Assembly: GCA_004431415.1 (NCBI GenBank) | Contig: QPMI01000039.1 | Location: 248,001 to 312,000 of the forward strand | Length of the DNA: 64,000 nt | Direction: 5' to 3' | Source of the DNA: Cyanophora paradoxa CCMP329 | Lineage: Eukaryota; Plantae; Glaucophyta | Shown here: positions 45,270 through 55,153 of the stretch, in pieces | Position numbering within the stretch: the first letter of the stretch is position 1 | Layout: each line of letters begins with the position of its first letter | The notes under the pieces: generated by a model | Databases searched by the model: none | The model's input: only the letters and a program-made list of their open reading frames with translations | What the model was told of the DNA's origin: nothing | Program-made: the position numbers and the translations under genes

Positions 45270-45773
45270 ATGAATAACCAGAGATCCGTAGATATCCTCT
45301 GTTCAAACATGGACTTACTACCAAATGCAGAAACAGTTTATGTGGATTATTTCGGAGACAATATAACAGATGAAGAGATTTCGATAATCTTTGGTGTCTA
45401 TAAGTGTCTTCATGAATATCAAGGAATAACTAAGGATATGCTACATAAATGCTTTCTTTCCAATAGACTCGATGAATTAATTCATAAACGTAATAAGTAT
45501 CGTCCATCAGGATATTACAAGATGTTCAAAGAAAAAGGATTAAAAATAGGAAATACTCATAGATCTGATCATCAAGATATTGACAATTTCGAGATTCTCG
45601 ACGATAGACACTGTATCACATGTGGTCATCCCGATTTCTTAACAAAGTATTATATCCAAAATGCACCACCTGACTGCTACGAATGCTTTGAGTTCCTATG
45701 TAAGAAATGCGCATACTATGACAAAACGAAGTCTTCATACATTCATCACAAATGCAAACCAAACAGTAAATAA
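45270..45773 (+). CDS. Zinc-finger protein (mirror of 19138)
   Basis: Identical translation. Confidence 0.7.
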   Translation: MNNQRSVDILCSNMDLLPNAETVYVDYFGDNITDEEISIIFGVYKCLHEYQGITKDMLHKCFLSNRLDELIHKRNKYRPSGYYKMFKEKGLKIGNTHRSDHQDIDNFEILDDRHCITCGHPDFLTKYYIQNAPPDCYECFEFLCKKCAYYDKTKSSYIHHKCKPNSK

Positions 45774-45839
45774 TATTAACCAATCAGTGGGTGGTGAATT
45801 TCTTCAAAACCTTCAAAACTACTTAAAGGGAAAACATCT

Positions 45840-46319
45840 ATGATAATAAAAAGACCAGAAATGGAGCCATTTGTGTATTACGGTGGATCAACCACAGAAC
45901 CGAAGGATTATTACGGTGTTTATGTCTTAGATATCGGAGATCCAGAGGAATACGCGCATAAGATCGAGCGATACGGTGCGAAATGGGCATACGATGTGAA
46001 ACATTATTATGTCGAGGATAAATACCATCGTCTCTTAAAAGAGTTTGCGACGATAGACCCTACGGTTTTCGAGCCGAATTATTACGACATCGTACGTCGT
46101 CGATACTTTGTTGGTGATATCAAACTGAGATTACCCGAATTCGAACAAAAACGTATTTTCTTGCAATCATCTTTACGGAAATACATGAAGAAGCAAGGCG
46201 CTAAATACGAGCCACGTTATCGAATGTGGTATGTCACAGATCACGAAAATGAATTATGCAAGATTTTTAAGACATTCTCAGAAGTTGAAATACGTAGACG
46301 TCGTAATATGAGACGGTAA
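45840..46319 (+). CDS. DUF5710-like repeat protein (mirror of 18592)
   Basis: Identical translation. Confidence 0.65.
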   Translation: MIIKRPEMEPFVYYGGSTTEPKDYYGVYVLDIGDPEEYAHKIERYGAKWAYDVKHYYVEDKYHRLLKEFATIDPTVFEPNYYDIVRRRYFVGDIKLRLPEFEQKRIFLQSSLRKYMKKQGAKYEPRYRMWYVTDHENELCKIFKTFSEVEIRRRRNMRR

Positions 46320-46329
46320 ATGGTGTGTC

Positions 46330-47706
46330 TCAATCGGACATAATGCAGCACAGATACAATTTTATAACAGTAAAAAACAGAATCCCATTTTATCAATTGT
46401 TTAATCGGACGCAATGCAACTCAGTGTCCCTTTTTCATTATTTTTATCACAGCAATCTCAACGATTATTTAATTGGACGTGATGCACCACAGATACAATT
46501 TTATAACAGTAAAAAACAGAATCCCATTTTATCAATTGTTTAATCGGACGCAATGCAACTCAGTGTCCCTTTTTCATTATTTTTATCACAGCAATCTCAA
46601 CGATTATTTAATTGGACGTGATGCACCACAGATACAATTTTATAACAGTAAAAAACAGAATCCCATTTTATCAATTGTTTAATTGGACGTAATGCACCAC
46701 AGATACAATTTTATAACAGTAAAAAACAGAATCCCATTTTATCAATTGTTTAATTGGACGTAATGCAACTCTGAGGTCATTTTTGATACAGTAAAAATCT
46801 CAACCATATCTCATCGATTGTTTAATTGGACAGAATGCAGTAACGATCTCTCCTACAAAACACACAGCAATCTCATCGATTGTTTAATTGGACAGAATGC
46901 AGTAACGATCTCTCCTACAAAATACACAGCAATCTCATCGATTGTTTAATTGGACATAATGCAGTAACGATCTCTCCTACAAAATACACAGCAATCTCAT
47001 CGATTGTTTAATTGGACATAATGCAGTAACGAGTGAATTATTTTCAACCGATATCTCAACGATTGTTTAATTGGACATAATGCAGTAACGATCTTTCCTA
47101 CAAAATACGCTGCAATCTCAACGATTGTTTAATTGGACGTGATGCAGTAACGATCTTTCCTACAAAATACGCTGCAATCTCATCGATTGTTTAATTGGAC
47201 ATAATGCAGTAACGATCTTTCCTACAAAATACGCTGCAATCTCAACGATTGTTTAATTGGACGTGATGCAGTAACGATCTTTCCTACAAAATACGCTGCA
47301 ATCTCATCGATTGTTTAATTGGACATAATGCAGTAACGATCTTTCCTACAAAATACGCTGCAATCTCAACGATTGTTTAATTGGACGTGATGCAGTAACG
47401 ATCTTTCCTACAAAATACGCTGCAATCTCATCGATTGTTTAATTGGACGTGATGCAGTAACGATCTTTCCTACAAAATACGCTGCAATCTCATCGATTGT
47501 TTAATTGGACGTGATGCAGTAACGATCTTTCCTACAAAATACGCTGCAATCTCAACGATTGTTTAATTGGACGTGATGCAGTAACGATCTTTCCTACAAA
47601 ATACGCTGCAATCTCATCGATTGTTTAATTGGACATAATGCAGTAACGATCTTTCCTACAAAATACGCAGCAATCTCAACGATTGTTTAATTGGACATAA
47701 TGCAAC
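46330..47706 (-). repeat. Mirror copy of the 62-bp subterminal array
   Basis: Reverse complement of 17205-18580, with the same order of unit variants. Confidence 0.95.
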
Positions 47707-47968
47707 TCTGTGTGAATTTTTGCGTTTTACGATAGAATGGGCGGTGGATTGCTTCAATCATGATTATATCGCAAAAATCATGTTCCTTCAATTGAGATTA
47801 TATCGAATGGGCGGTGGATTACTTCAATCGTGATTATATCACAAATTTATGTTCCTTCAATCGAGATTATATCGATTTTACATAAAATACATATTAATCG
47901 CGTTTATATCAATCGCAAAATACGTATTTTACATTTAAATACAAATTAATCGCGTTTATATCATTGAA

Positions 47969-49324
47969 TCAATTGAGAAATACGTAATTTATCAAAAATT
48001 TATATAGGACCGTATTTTCAAAAAGCCTCCCATCTTGGACATATCCTACGTTGGTCAGAATGCTGAAATTAAATAGGACTCCGGCAGCAAAGGCAGGTCC
48101 ATACATAATGATTTGATGCAGCTCAAAAGGCTTGGGAAACTCGACTTTAATCCAGGGATTAGGTAATGTTCCCCCCTGAAACCCTGTAGAGTTAGGTCGC
48201 ACATGAGAAGGTGGGTGCAATTCGTCAAAGTCATTGCTTGTGATATTGGAGTCCGGGATCATTAGCCAGTTGACATCAAATGGAGGCTCAACCGTTAATG
48301 TTGATGAGATTATGAGTCTCTCATCATTTAGAAGCGCATAGTTTGCCAATAGAAAGCTGCAGAGTGCATTTATTTTCGCACTTATCTCGGTTTGTTTCAG
48401 CCATAAATCAGTTGTGGAGATCAAATAAGAAATATTCGAAGGGGAGGCATCATCAAGCTTGCTCATTACTGAAGCTGGCAGTGGAACACTTAACCGCCAG
48501 TATCTAGTTAGACTTCTATCTGCATCAATGGGAAGCAGCTCCTGCATTTGAAAGTGCGATTCCAGCTCGCTCCCTGCCATTAGCATCGAAATAATCGGGC
48601 TGCCCGAGAGGGACAGAATCCAGCCTAGGGCACCCCAGCCCGATGTCTCAGCATTAGAAAACCCGGCCGTCAGCTGGTCGCTGGCTTGGACCTCACCACA
48701 GCTGATGCTCACAAGAACAATTGGATCTTCTGCATCGTAAATTTTACTTGCATGGCTGAGTGCTGCAACCGAGGGGTTATTTAAACAGGCGATGGCCCCA
48801 TCAACAAGGTTCTTGTCTCCTAGCACCTTCGGTGGAAAGAATGTAGGTGCTGCAGAAGATGCTCTAACTGCATCACGAATCAGGGTGCTTGAGTATGGCC
48901 CATCCTTAGTGAAAACTACGGGCTGCATCCGAACTGTATCAAATGCTGTGATTAATATGTCTTTGGTCGATTCTGCAATTGTGTAGTCTAGGGCAACGTC
49001 TGTGAGCACCGACTCCAGAGGGTTTGCATCATAGCGGCTGCCTGAGAGCAAGCTTGTCAGTGATCTTGGATTTGCAAATATTGTTGGCAGGTTCGTTTGA
49101 TATAGACTCAAGATATCACCTGCAGAATATCGGTAGGCGAGAACAGAGCCTGGAGTTGATGGGATAGCCAAACCGGCCGCTATTATTGCCCCTGTCGAGG
49201 TGCCTGCAAAGAAATCAAACAGCTGTGGAATTGCTTTCCCAGTAATCGCCTCGATCCGTTGCAGAATTCTGGCAATAATTATACCACGAGCACCTCCACC
49301 TGATAACGAGAGAATCACCTTCAT
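47969..49324 (-). CDS. Patatin-like phospholipase with C-terminal discoidin(F5/8)-like domain, 3'-truncated by the AT-rich element
   Basis: SGGGARG, GTSTG, ASSAAPTFF, LVDGA; PWIKVEFPKPFELHQI; residues coded below 48007 derive from the insert; likely start MKVIL at 49324. Confidence 0.88.
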   Translation of the reverse strand: MKVILSLSGGGARGIIIARILQRIEAITGKAIPQLFDFFAGTSTGAIIAAGLAIPSTPGSVLAYRYSAGDILSLYQTNLPTIFANPRSLTSLLSGSRYDANPLESVLTDVALDYTIAESTKDILITAFDTVRMQPVVFTKDGPYSSTLIRDAVRASSAAPTFFPPKVLGDKNLVDGAIACLNNPSVAALSHASKIYDAEDPIVLVSISCGEVQASDQLTAGFSNAETSGWGALGWILSLSGSPIISMLMAGSELESHFQMQELLPIDADRSLTRYWRLSVPLPASVMSKLDDASPSNISYLISTTDLWLKQTEISAKINALCSFLLANYALLNDERLIISSTLTVEPPFDVNWLMIPDSNITSNDFDELHPPSHVRPNSTGFQGGTLPNPWIKVEFPKPFELHQIIMYGPAFAAGVLFNFSILTNVGYVQDGRLFENTVLYKFLINYVFLN

Positions 49325-49348
49325 TTTTAAAAGGGGGCTTATATAAAA

Positions 49349-52300
49349 ATGTCCTACATCTTGAAGAAGCCAGTGCCACTTCGTAAAGCTCCAGATCTCG
49401 TGGATGATCGACATATAAATATTCGCGTTTTCGGAAGCATCTTGGCTGACTACAATGCTGATCGTGACATACACCAGACCGAGTTTAATCGCCCAGCTGC
49501 GTTAATTCTGCGCAATTCACACGTCGGTGCCCCAAATATCGCACAGAGATTTTGTCTGGGTCCAGCTGAGAACTATGTTGCTGAAATAGTCGGATCCAGG
49601 GCTTTACCGCGTCACCTACGCATTGCCTCCTCAGGCACAGTTTCCAAGTATGATTCTGGTAGATTAATATTTAGGCTTCAAAATGATAGAGGGGTCCACA
49701 CATCAGCTCTACGCCTTATTGATGAATCCAATGCCATCACGAACAAGACAGCTGCTCAAATTACAGGGCGAATCCTCCTTGGTGAAGACGCAGGGATATC
49801 AGTGCTATCATCGCAAATCCAACCATTTCCCTGGGATTTACTTTATACAGCTGCACGAGAAACAAATATTTTATACGGATTTGATGTTAATCAAATTGAT
49901 ACAGAGCCTGCTACCAGGTTAGATATTCCTGGATGCACCTTGGGCTCTATTCTCATAGAGGCTGACAGACACCTGCTCCCGGCATTGCATGATAGATATG
50001 ACCTAGGGCTTCGCACCAGACAGTGGCGAAATATTCATGGAACAAGTATTTACCAAGACGGCAAAAAAGTAATCACTGAACCGGAGATAATAAACATTTT
50101 CAACTACTACTTTGGACCTATTGTCCCTATACCACCTATACCACCTCTTCCAGGGCTACCAAAGCCGCCAACCCCGGATGGCCCAGGTCGAGAGCGAGTT
50201 GCCGATGAGACAATCCCATTTGGTCAAAATATTATATCATGGGAGGCTGTCAGGAATCGTCCAGTGATAGAACCCTATAAGCATCCACATGAGGAATACC
50301 TGCCGCCTGATATTGAAGTTTTCCCACTCGAAATGTACACAGAGCCTGAAGAGCAGTTACTTCCTGATGGCTTAGATGTTCAAGAACTCGAGTACGAGCA
50401 GCCTGTGATTCCCCATGAGCAGCTGCTTCCAGACGGCTTTGATCCTATTTTCTTCCCCTTGGAGTTCACAGTGGACTGGGAATCTATTAACAACAAACCT
50501 GAGCATTTTCCACCGGAAGATCACAGACATAACTGGGATGAAATCGATAATAAACCGTTGCAATTTCCACCAGAAGATCATAGACACGACTGGGATGATA
50601 TCGATAATAAACCGCTTAAATTTCCACCAGAGGACCATAGACACGACTGGGGTGACCTTGATAATGTACCGCTTGAATTTCCACCTGAGGATCACAGACA
50701 CGTTTGGAGTGAGATCGATGAGCAACCCGAGTTCGCAAAGTCAGAGCTTCCTGTCACACTTGCTGTCTCTCTATACAAATCAATCAACACCCCTGAAAGG
50801 TTATATTTGAATGAACACTATGTCCACAGGCAGGGAATTCGTGCCAACACTGACATGTCAGGCTCTTTGTTTGTACGGATTCCCCGCGGAATGGAGATAG
50901 TTGCTGCAGGTGGAAATATTGGCTTGCAGGACACGTTCCCAAGTATTTATGTCACAAACTACTACGCCTCTGACATCGAAATGACATCTGTTCTACCTCC
51001 TTTGCCTTCACTGCCGTTGGATCCTCTCTCCCATGCTGATTTTCATTCTGCAATCCAAATTAATGTAACAGATGTTAGCGATTTAGATTCATCGAGACCG
51101 AAATTGGTATTTAGCCGTGAACGCCTTTTACCCAATGCTCTGATAGGAAACCGAGACGATTATAAGAAATGTGAAATAGCATGGATAAAGACGAATTATA
51201 ATGGTGGAGTTGGCGAGGGTGTTTTAGAAATAAATCAGAGGGCAGCAGCAAAGAACATTCACAACGAGACTATATCCAGAGTGGTCACAGAGGATTTCCT
51301 TCAAGCCCAAAACTATGTAGATGAAACAGAGCTCGCTTTAGTTATTGCAGGTCTAGCTGTGACTGGGAATTACCTGCCCTTGACAGGAGGAACTATTGAT
51401 GGAACAGTGACTGCTGACAACTTTTTTGTTCACACTGAAAGTGATCAAACCTTCCCTGTGGTTCACCCAGGAGCTGAGTACGAGATTCCTATTGATCCAG
51501 CTATTATGCCCATTAAGATTGACCTACCTTCTGATTATGTAGGAAGGGGTGAACTGAAAACCATTTCGTTCACAGGTGACTATAATGATCTCATTAATAA
51601 ACCCACCGCAGGAAATCTACATCCTGTTGCATTTTCGGGGAGTTTCCTCGATCTGAATAATCGAGCACACACCCACACAAAGGCAGAGATCACAGATTTT
51701 GCACACACTCACACAAAATCCCAGATCACAGATTTTGCACACACCCATACAAGGGCAGAAATAACGAATTTCGCTCACACCCATTTTAAATCCGAGATCT
51801 CAGATTTTGCACACACTCATGTAAAGAGTGAGATAACAGACTTTGCACACACTCACACAAAGGCAGACATTACAGATTTCGCACACACTCATGATTGGAA
51901 TACAGATATCTATAACAAACCCGCTATATTCTCAGGTAACTACAATGATTTGACAAATAAACCTACCCTTGATCCCTTTACAGCTACCACTATCAGAGCC
52001 AATAATACAATGTATGTAGGATCAGGTCAGATTGTAGAACCAGCAGGACCTATGTTTGAAGAAACATGGTTCTTCCACAATTCCCAAAATTACTTTGATA
52101 AAACCTTACTTGTTCGTGGAAATGCCTATGCAAGAAATTTCTATGCTATGAACCCTTCCAATACTGCTACTATCAGTAGATGTATCACAGAAGCGGATCT
52201 TTCCAGTCAACTCAATGCATTTTTTAATGGGAAAATTCAAGCAGGAAAGTACGTTTACACTACTCCCGTTTTAGATTACAATAATCTATATGTGTTCAAT

Positions 52301-52525
52301 CTAACTATCTATTTTACCAATGCCTTTGCTTCTCCTCCTGTTGTGACAGCAACAGCAAGGCATGAAGGACAAGATCCAAATTATCAAGCAACTCCCGTCG
52401 TTTTTACTGTGAACCTGTTGAATGTTTACAGTAACTATTTCACGTGTGAACTTTTCACTGATCCATATGCAATGATTAATTCATCCAAAACTGTTACAAT
52501 TCATTATATTGCTGTCGCAATTTAA
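49349..52525 (+). CDS. Large fibre/tail-like virion protein with HxH repeats
   Basis: NKPxxFPPEDHRHDWDxID x4, AHTHTKAEITDF x~7, FSGxYNDLxNKP, YLPLTGGT; beta-rich C-terminal head (FTNAFASPPVVTAT). Confidence 0.8.
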   Translation: MSYILKKPVPLRKAPDLVDDRHINIRVFGSILADYNADRDIHQTEFNRPAALILRNSHVGAPNIAQRFCLGPAENYVAEIVGSRALPRHLRIASSGTVSKYDSGRLIFRLQNDRGVHTSALRLIDESNAITNKTAAQITGRILLGEDAGISVLSSQIQPFPWDLLYTAARETNILYGFDVNQIDTEPATRLDIPGCTLGSILIEADRHLLPALHDRYDLGLRTRQWRNIHGTSIYQDGKKVITEPEIINIFNYYFGPIVPIPPIPPLPGLPKPPTPDGPGRERVADETIPFGQNIISWEAVRNRPVIEPYKHPHEEYLPPDIEVFPLEMYTEPEEQLLPDGLDVQELEYEQPVIPHEQLLPDGFDPIFFPLEFTVDWESINNKPEHFPPEDHRHNWDEIDNKPLQFPPEDHRHDWDDIDNKPLKFPPEDHRHDWGDLDNVPLEFPPEDHRHVWSEIDEQPEFAKSELPVTLAVSLYKSINTPERLYLNEHYVHRQGIRANTDMSGSLFVRIPRGMEIVAAGGNIGLQDTFPSIYVTNYYASDIEMTSVLPPLPSLPLDPLSHADFHSAIQINVTDVSDLDSSRPKLVFSRERLLPNALIGNRDDYKKCEIAWIKTNYNGGVGEGVLEINQRAAAKNIHNETISRVVTEDFLQAQNYVDETELALVIAGLAVTGNYLPLTGGTIDGTVTADNFFVHTESDQTFPVVHPGAEYEIPIDPAIMPIKIDLPSDYVGRGELKTISFTGDYNDLINKPTAGNLHPVAFSGSFLDLNNRAHTHTKAEITDFAHTHTKSQITDFAHTHTRAEITNFAHTHFKSEISDFAHTHVKSEITDFAHTHTKADITDFAHTHDWNTDIYNKPAIFSGNYNDLTNKPTLDPFTATTIRANNTMYVGSGQIVEPAGPMFEETWFFHNSQNYFDKTLLVRGNAYARNFYAMNPSNTATISRCITEADLSSQLNAFFNGKIQAGKYVYTTPVLDYNNLYVFNLTIYFTNAFASPPVVTATARHEGQDPNYQATPVVFTVNLLNVYSNYFTCELFTDPYAMINSSKTVTIHYIAVAI

Positions 52526-52544
52526 CTATTTAGTAATTATAAAG

Positions 52545-53594
52545 ATGACCTCTCTATCAGAAATCCCAAACTATGAACTCGCAGCGAAATCACTCCATAG
52601 CACCTCTCATGAAGTAGTCGACTCTACACCCGGGAATATATGCACTGAGACTACAAGCAATACCTCTTTCACAGAGAATAATATACTCAGAGTCAAAGAA
52701 ATTCGATGTGATCGCAATGGAGGCAAGATAAGAACCACAGGCATTATTATCTCGAATAAAAACCAAGTTCAAGCAGGTCAGGTAGTCCCTGATTCAGCAA
52801 TCTATGATAATGTGGGTGGATTCACCACGGCACAGATAGTTAGTTTTTGGAACACAAGCAATACTGCAGCTCTTGTAGTCAGAAGTGGAGGTGCTTACTT
52901 TGGAGAGGCATTTAAGGTGAATGGAACAGTAACAGCACCCATACTAAATGCTGGAAGTGGAACTTTTGAGAGTCCAATAACTTTTCAGGGTGGATTTAAT
53001 GCGAGTAGTCTTTCAGTTGGCGTTGGTGTCTTCTCCACAAAGTTAAACACACCTGAAATTGAAACAACAGCTGCACTGAATTTAAAGAGAAATGCAGTGG
53101 TTACAGCAACCGTTAACAATGTTTCCCCGTCCATTAATCTACTTAAATATCTGAAAGTTCCACACCCTCGTTTTTGTGTTGTTGCTTATTCAACATCAGG
53201 ATTTAATGTTGGAGCAACAGTAGCAACAAGGAAATTCACTTATAATAGAGTTCTTGTAGATGCAAGCAATAGTGTCAGCAACGCAGGCAATTTTACAGCA
53301 CCTGTTTCAGGAATTTATAGATTCTTCTTTATGGTTCAAATGTCAACAACATCATCCACAGGGGAGTGTAGAATTTGTTTTCAAAAGAATGATTTGTTTA
53401 TTTCCCCCCAATCTGTTCAAGTATTTTCAACTTTCAATGGAAAGCGAAGTGTTCACATGGAGGCTTCTTTTCCTGTATATACAAACGAATATGTGAATGT
53501 CATACATATCTGGTCATCGTACATCTTTGTTGAACCGGCGGGGACAATTGGTGGTACTACCTGTTTCGGGGGGCATCTCATCAGTAGATTATAA
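52545..53594 (+). CDS. Fibre-like protein with C-terminal C1q domain
   Basis: PRFCV...GNFTAPVSGIYRFFF...FGGHLI; N-terminal domain shared with the next paralogues. Confidence 0.8.
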   Translation: MTSLSEIPNYELAAKSLHSTSHEVVDSTPGNICTETTSNTSFTENNILRVKEIRCDRNGGKIRTTGIIISNKNQVQAGQVVPDSAIYDNVGGFTTAQIVSFWNTSNTAALVVRSGGAYFGEAFKVNGTVTAPILNAGSGTFESPITFQGGFNASSLSVGVGVFSTKLNTPEIETTAALNLKRNAVVTATVNNVSPSINLLKYLKVPHPRFCVVAYSTSGFNVGATVATRKFTYNRVLVDASNSVSNAGNFTAPVSGIYRFFFMVQMSTTSSTGECRICFQKNDLFISPQSVQVFSTFNGKRSVHMEASFPVYTNEYVNVIHIWSSYIFVEPAGTIGGTTCFGGHLISRL

Positions 53595-53616
53595 ACTTTT
53601 TGTAGGGGTTTTATAG

Positions 53617-54639
53617 ATGGCTACCCAAATCGCAGTTCCTGTTTTCTGTTATGCAGCGCCTAAATTGCATCAACTGAACCACACAGTCACAGATGCTATT
53701 CCCGGGTTTATTTGCACAGAAACCACAGGTGCAGATTCGTTTACTCAAAATTCGATTATCAGATGCAAGGAAATTCGATGTGATAGAAATGCTGGAAAAA
53801 TAAGAACCACTCAATTAATCGTGAGTAACAAGAATCAGGTTTTAACAGGTGGTGTAGTTGCTGATACAGCAATTTATGATGATGCAGGAGGGGTGACCAC
53901 ACCACAAATTGTTACTTTTGATGGGACAGAAAATAATGCAGCACTTGTAGTTAAATCAGGTGGAGCATGGATAGGTTCGGGAGCTTTTGTGAATGGGACA
54001 CTCTCAGCAACAAACGTTTCAATTTCAGGAGCAACTACATTTACAGGTGTTGTGAATGCAAATGGTGGTCTTTCTGTTCCTACTAATACTGTCCCTGTAA
54101 TGACCGCAACCACAAAGATACAAACACCTGAAATAGATACAGGAGCAAATGTGGATCTGATTCTGAAACGAAATAGCACAGAAGTTGCACGAATTGATGC
54201 AGGAGGTCTCACAATTGCAGCAAACTTTTATTTGAAGCAAGCAACCCAACCTCGATTCTGTGTTGGGTTCGGTTTAGCAACAAGAAATGCAGTCTTTGGA
54301 CGTCTTACGAATTGGTTGCATGAATTCTTTGATAATACCAACTCATTCGATGTAGTAGAAGGGAAATTCACAGCACCTGTTTACGGAGATTACAGATTCT
54401 CTCTGACTGCTTATAGTATTACTACATCAACTGTGAGTGTAGATCTGAAAGTAAATGATGCAAATGTTTCAACAGAATACAATTTTAGGGTAAATAACTC
54501 TCAGACTGTAATCAACAAAACAATCAATTTGAGCGCAATAGTAAGACTTGGAGCAGGCGATAATGTTTCTATTCATGCTAATCATACTTATCTTTCGGAA
54601 TTCACAACATTTAGTGGTGAATTGCTGAGTATAATTTAA
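53617..54639 (+). CDS. Fibre-like protein with C-terminal C1q domain (paralogue 2)
   Basis: FDVVEGKFTAPVYGDYRFSL...LGAGDNVSI...FSGELL. Confidence 0.82.
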   Translation: MATQIAVPVFCYAAPKLHQLNHTVTDAIPGFICTETTGADSFTQNSIIRCKEIRCDRNAGKIRTTQLIVSNKNQVLTGGVVADTAIYDDAGGVTTPQIVTFDGTENNAALVVKSGGAWIGSGAFVNGTLSATNVSISGATTFTGVVNANGGLSVPTNTVPVMTATTKIQTPEIDTGANVDLILKRNSTEVARIDAGGLTIAANFYLKQATQPRFCVGFGLATRNAVFGRLTNWLHEFFDNTNSFDVVEGKFTAPVYGDYRFSLTAYSITTSTVSVDLKVNDANVSTEYNFRVNNSQTVINKTINLSAIVRLGAGDNVSIHANHTYLSEFTTFSGELLSII

Positions 54640-54659
54640 TTATCTACAAGTATTATAGG

Positions 54660-54923
54660 ATGTCGAATATTTACCAAGTGGTTCTTTCAGATACTGAAAA
54701 TCTCGCAATGGAATATTGCGCTTTATCTGTTCAAGATTGGATTGATAATGCTGTTCACAACAGGGCGAGAATTGCAATTGATGAAATTGTTCAGAAAGAG
54801 ATTCAATCTTGCATCTCATCAGGAGTTCAGATACCAACCACAAAGGAAGCAATTGTTCTACAGGCTTTCCAAAGGGGAACTGTCAAAAAAGGTATCGAGT
54901 ATAACAATGTCACAGAAGAGTAG
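54660..54923 (+). CDS. Small phage-like tail-fibre-associated protein
   Basis: LSDTENLAMEY...DWIDNAVHNRARIAIDEIV resembles small proteins found beside fibre genes in aquatic bacteriophages (recalled, not searched). Confidence 0.6.
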   Translation: MSNIYQVVLSDTENLAMEYCALSVQDWIDNAVHNRARIAIDEIVQKEIQSCISSGVQIPTTKEAIVLQAFQRGTVKKGIEYNNVTEE

Positions 54924-55153
54924 CGGAGCTTGATAGCACTCTCTCCATAATTTCAAAAATAAATAATGAATAAATATTAGTTGTGTATATATCATGCATA
55001 TATACAGCATCTCTGTTATTCGGTGTTACTCATAGACGACCATTTCTGATGTGTATATATACGACATATATACAATATTATTAATTATTTTTTTAAAATT
55101 GTATTTATTTTCTGTCTGCAACCTTGTTTATTTTTCTCTCGTGTTTCTATTAA

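Larger units (their letters stand above)
16702..48006. mobile_element. AT-rich giant-palindrome element (linear plasmid/satellite-like replicon with AEP-D5 primase-helicase)
   Basis: Abrupt drop in GC; arms 16905-34369 and 35302-48006 are reverse complements; unique core 34370-35301; hairpin at the left end; truncates Polinton genes on both sides; no TSD. Confidence 0.9.

Noticed and set aside
16905-48006. Palindrome as a fold-back sequencing or assembly artefact
   Set aside because: It has a 932-bp gene-containing unique core, substitutions between arms near the centre, different junctions and coherent Polinton sequence on both sides; read-level confirmation is still advisable
16702-48006. 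Endogenous giant-virus fragment or canonical transpoviron
   Set aside because: No NCLDV core genes other than D5; it has defined ends and symmetry; transpovirons are smaller with SF1 helicases. A relationship is possible but the label is not supported
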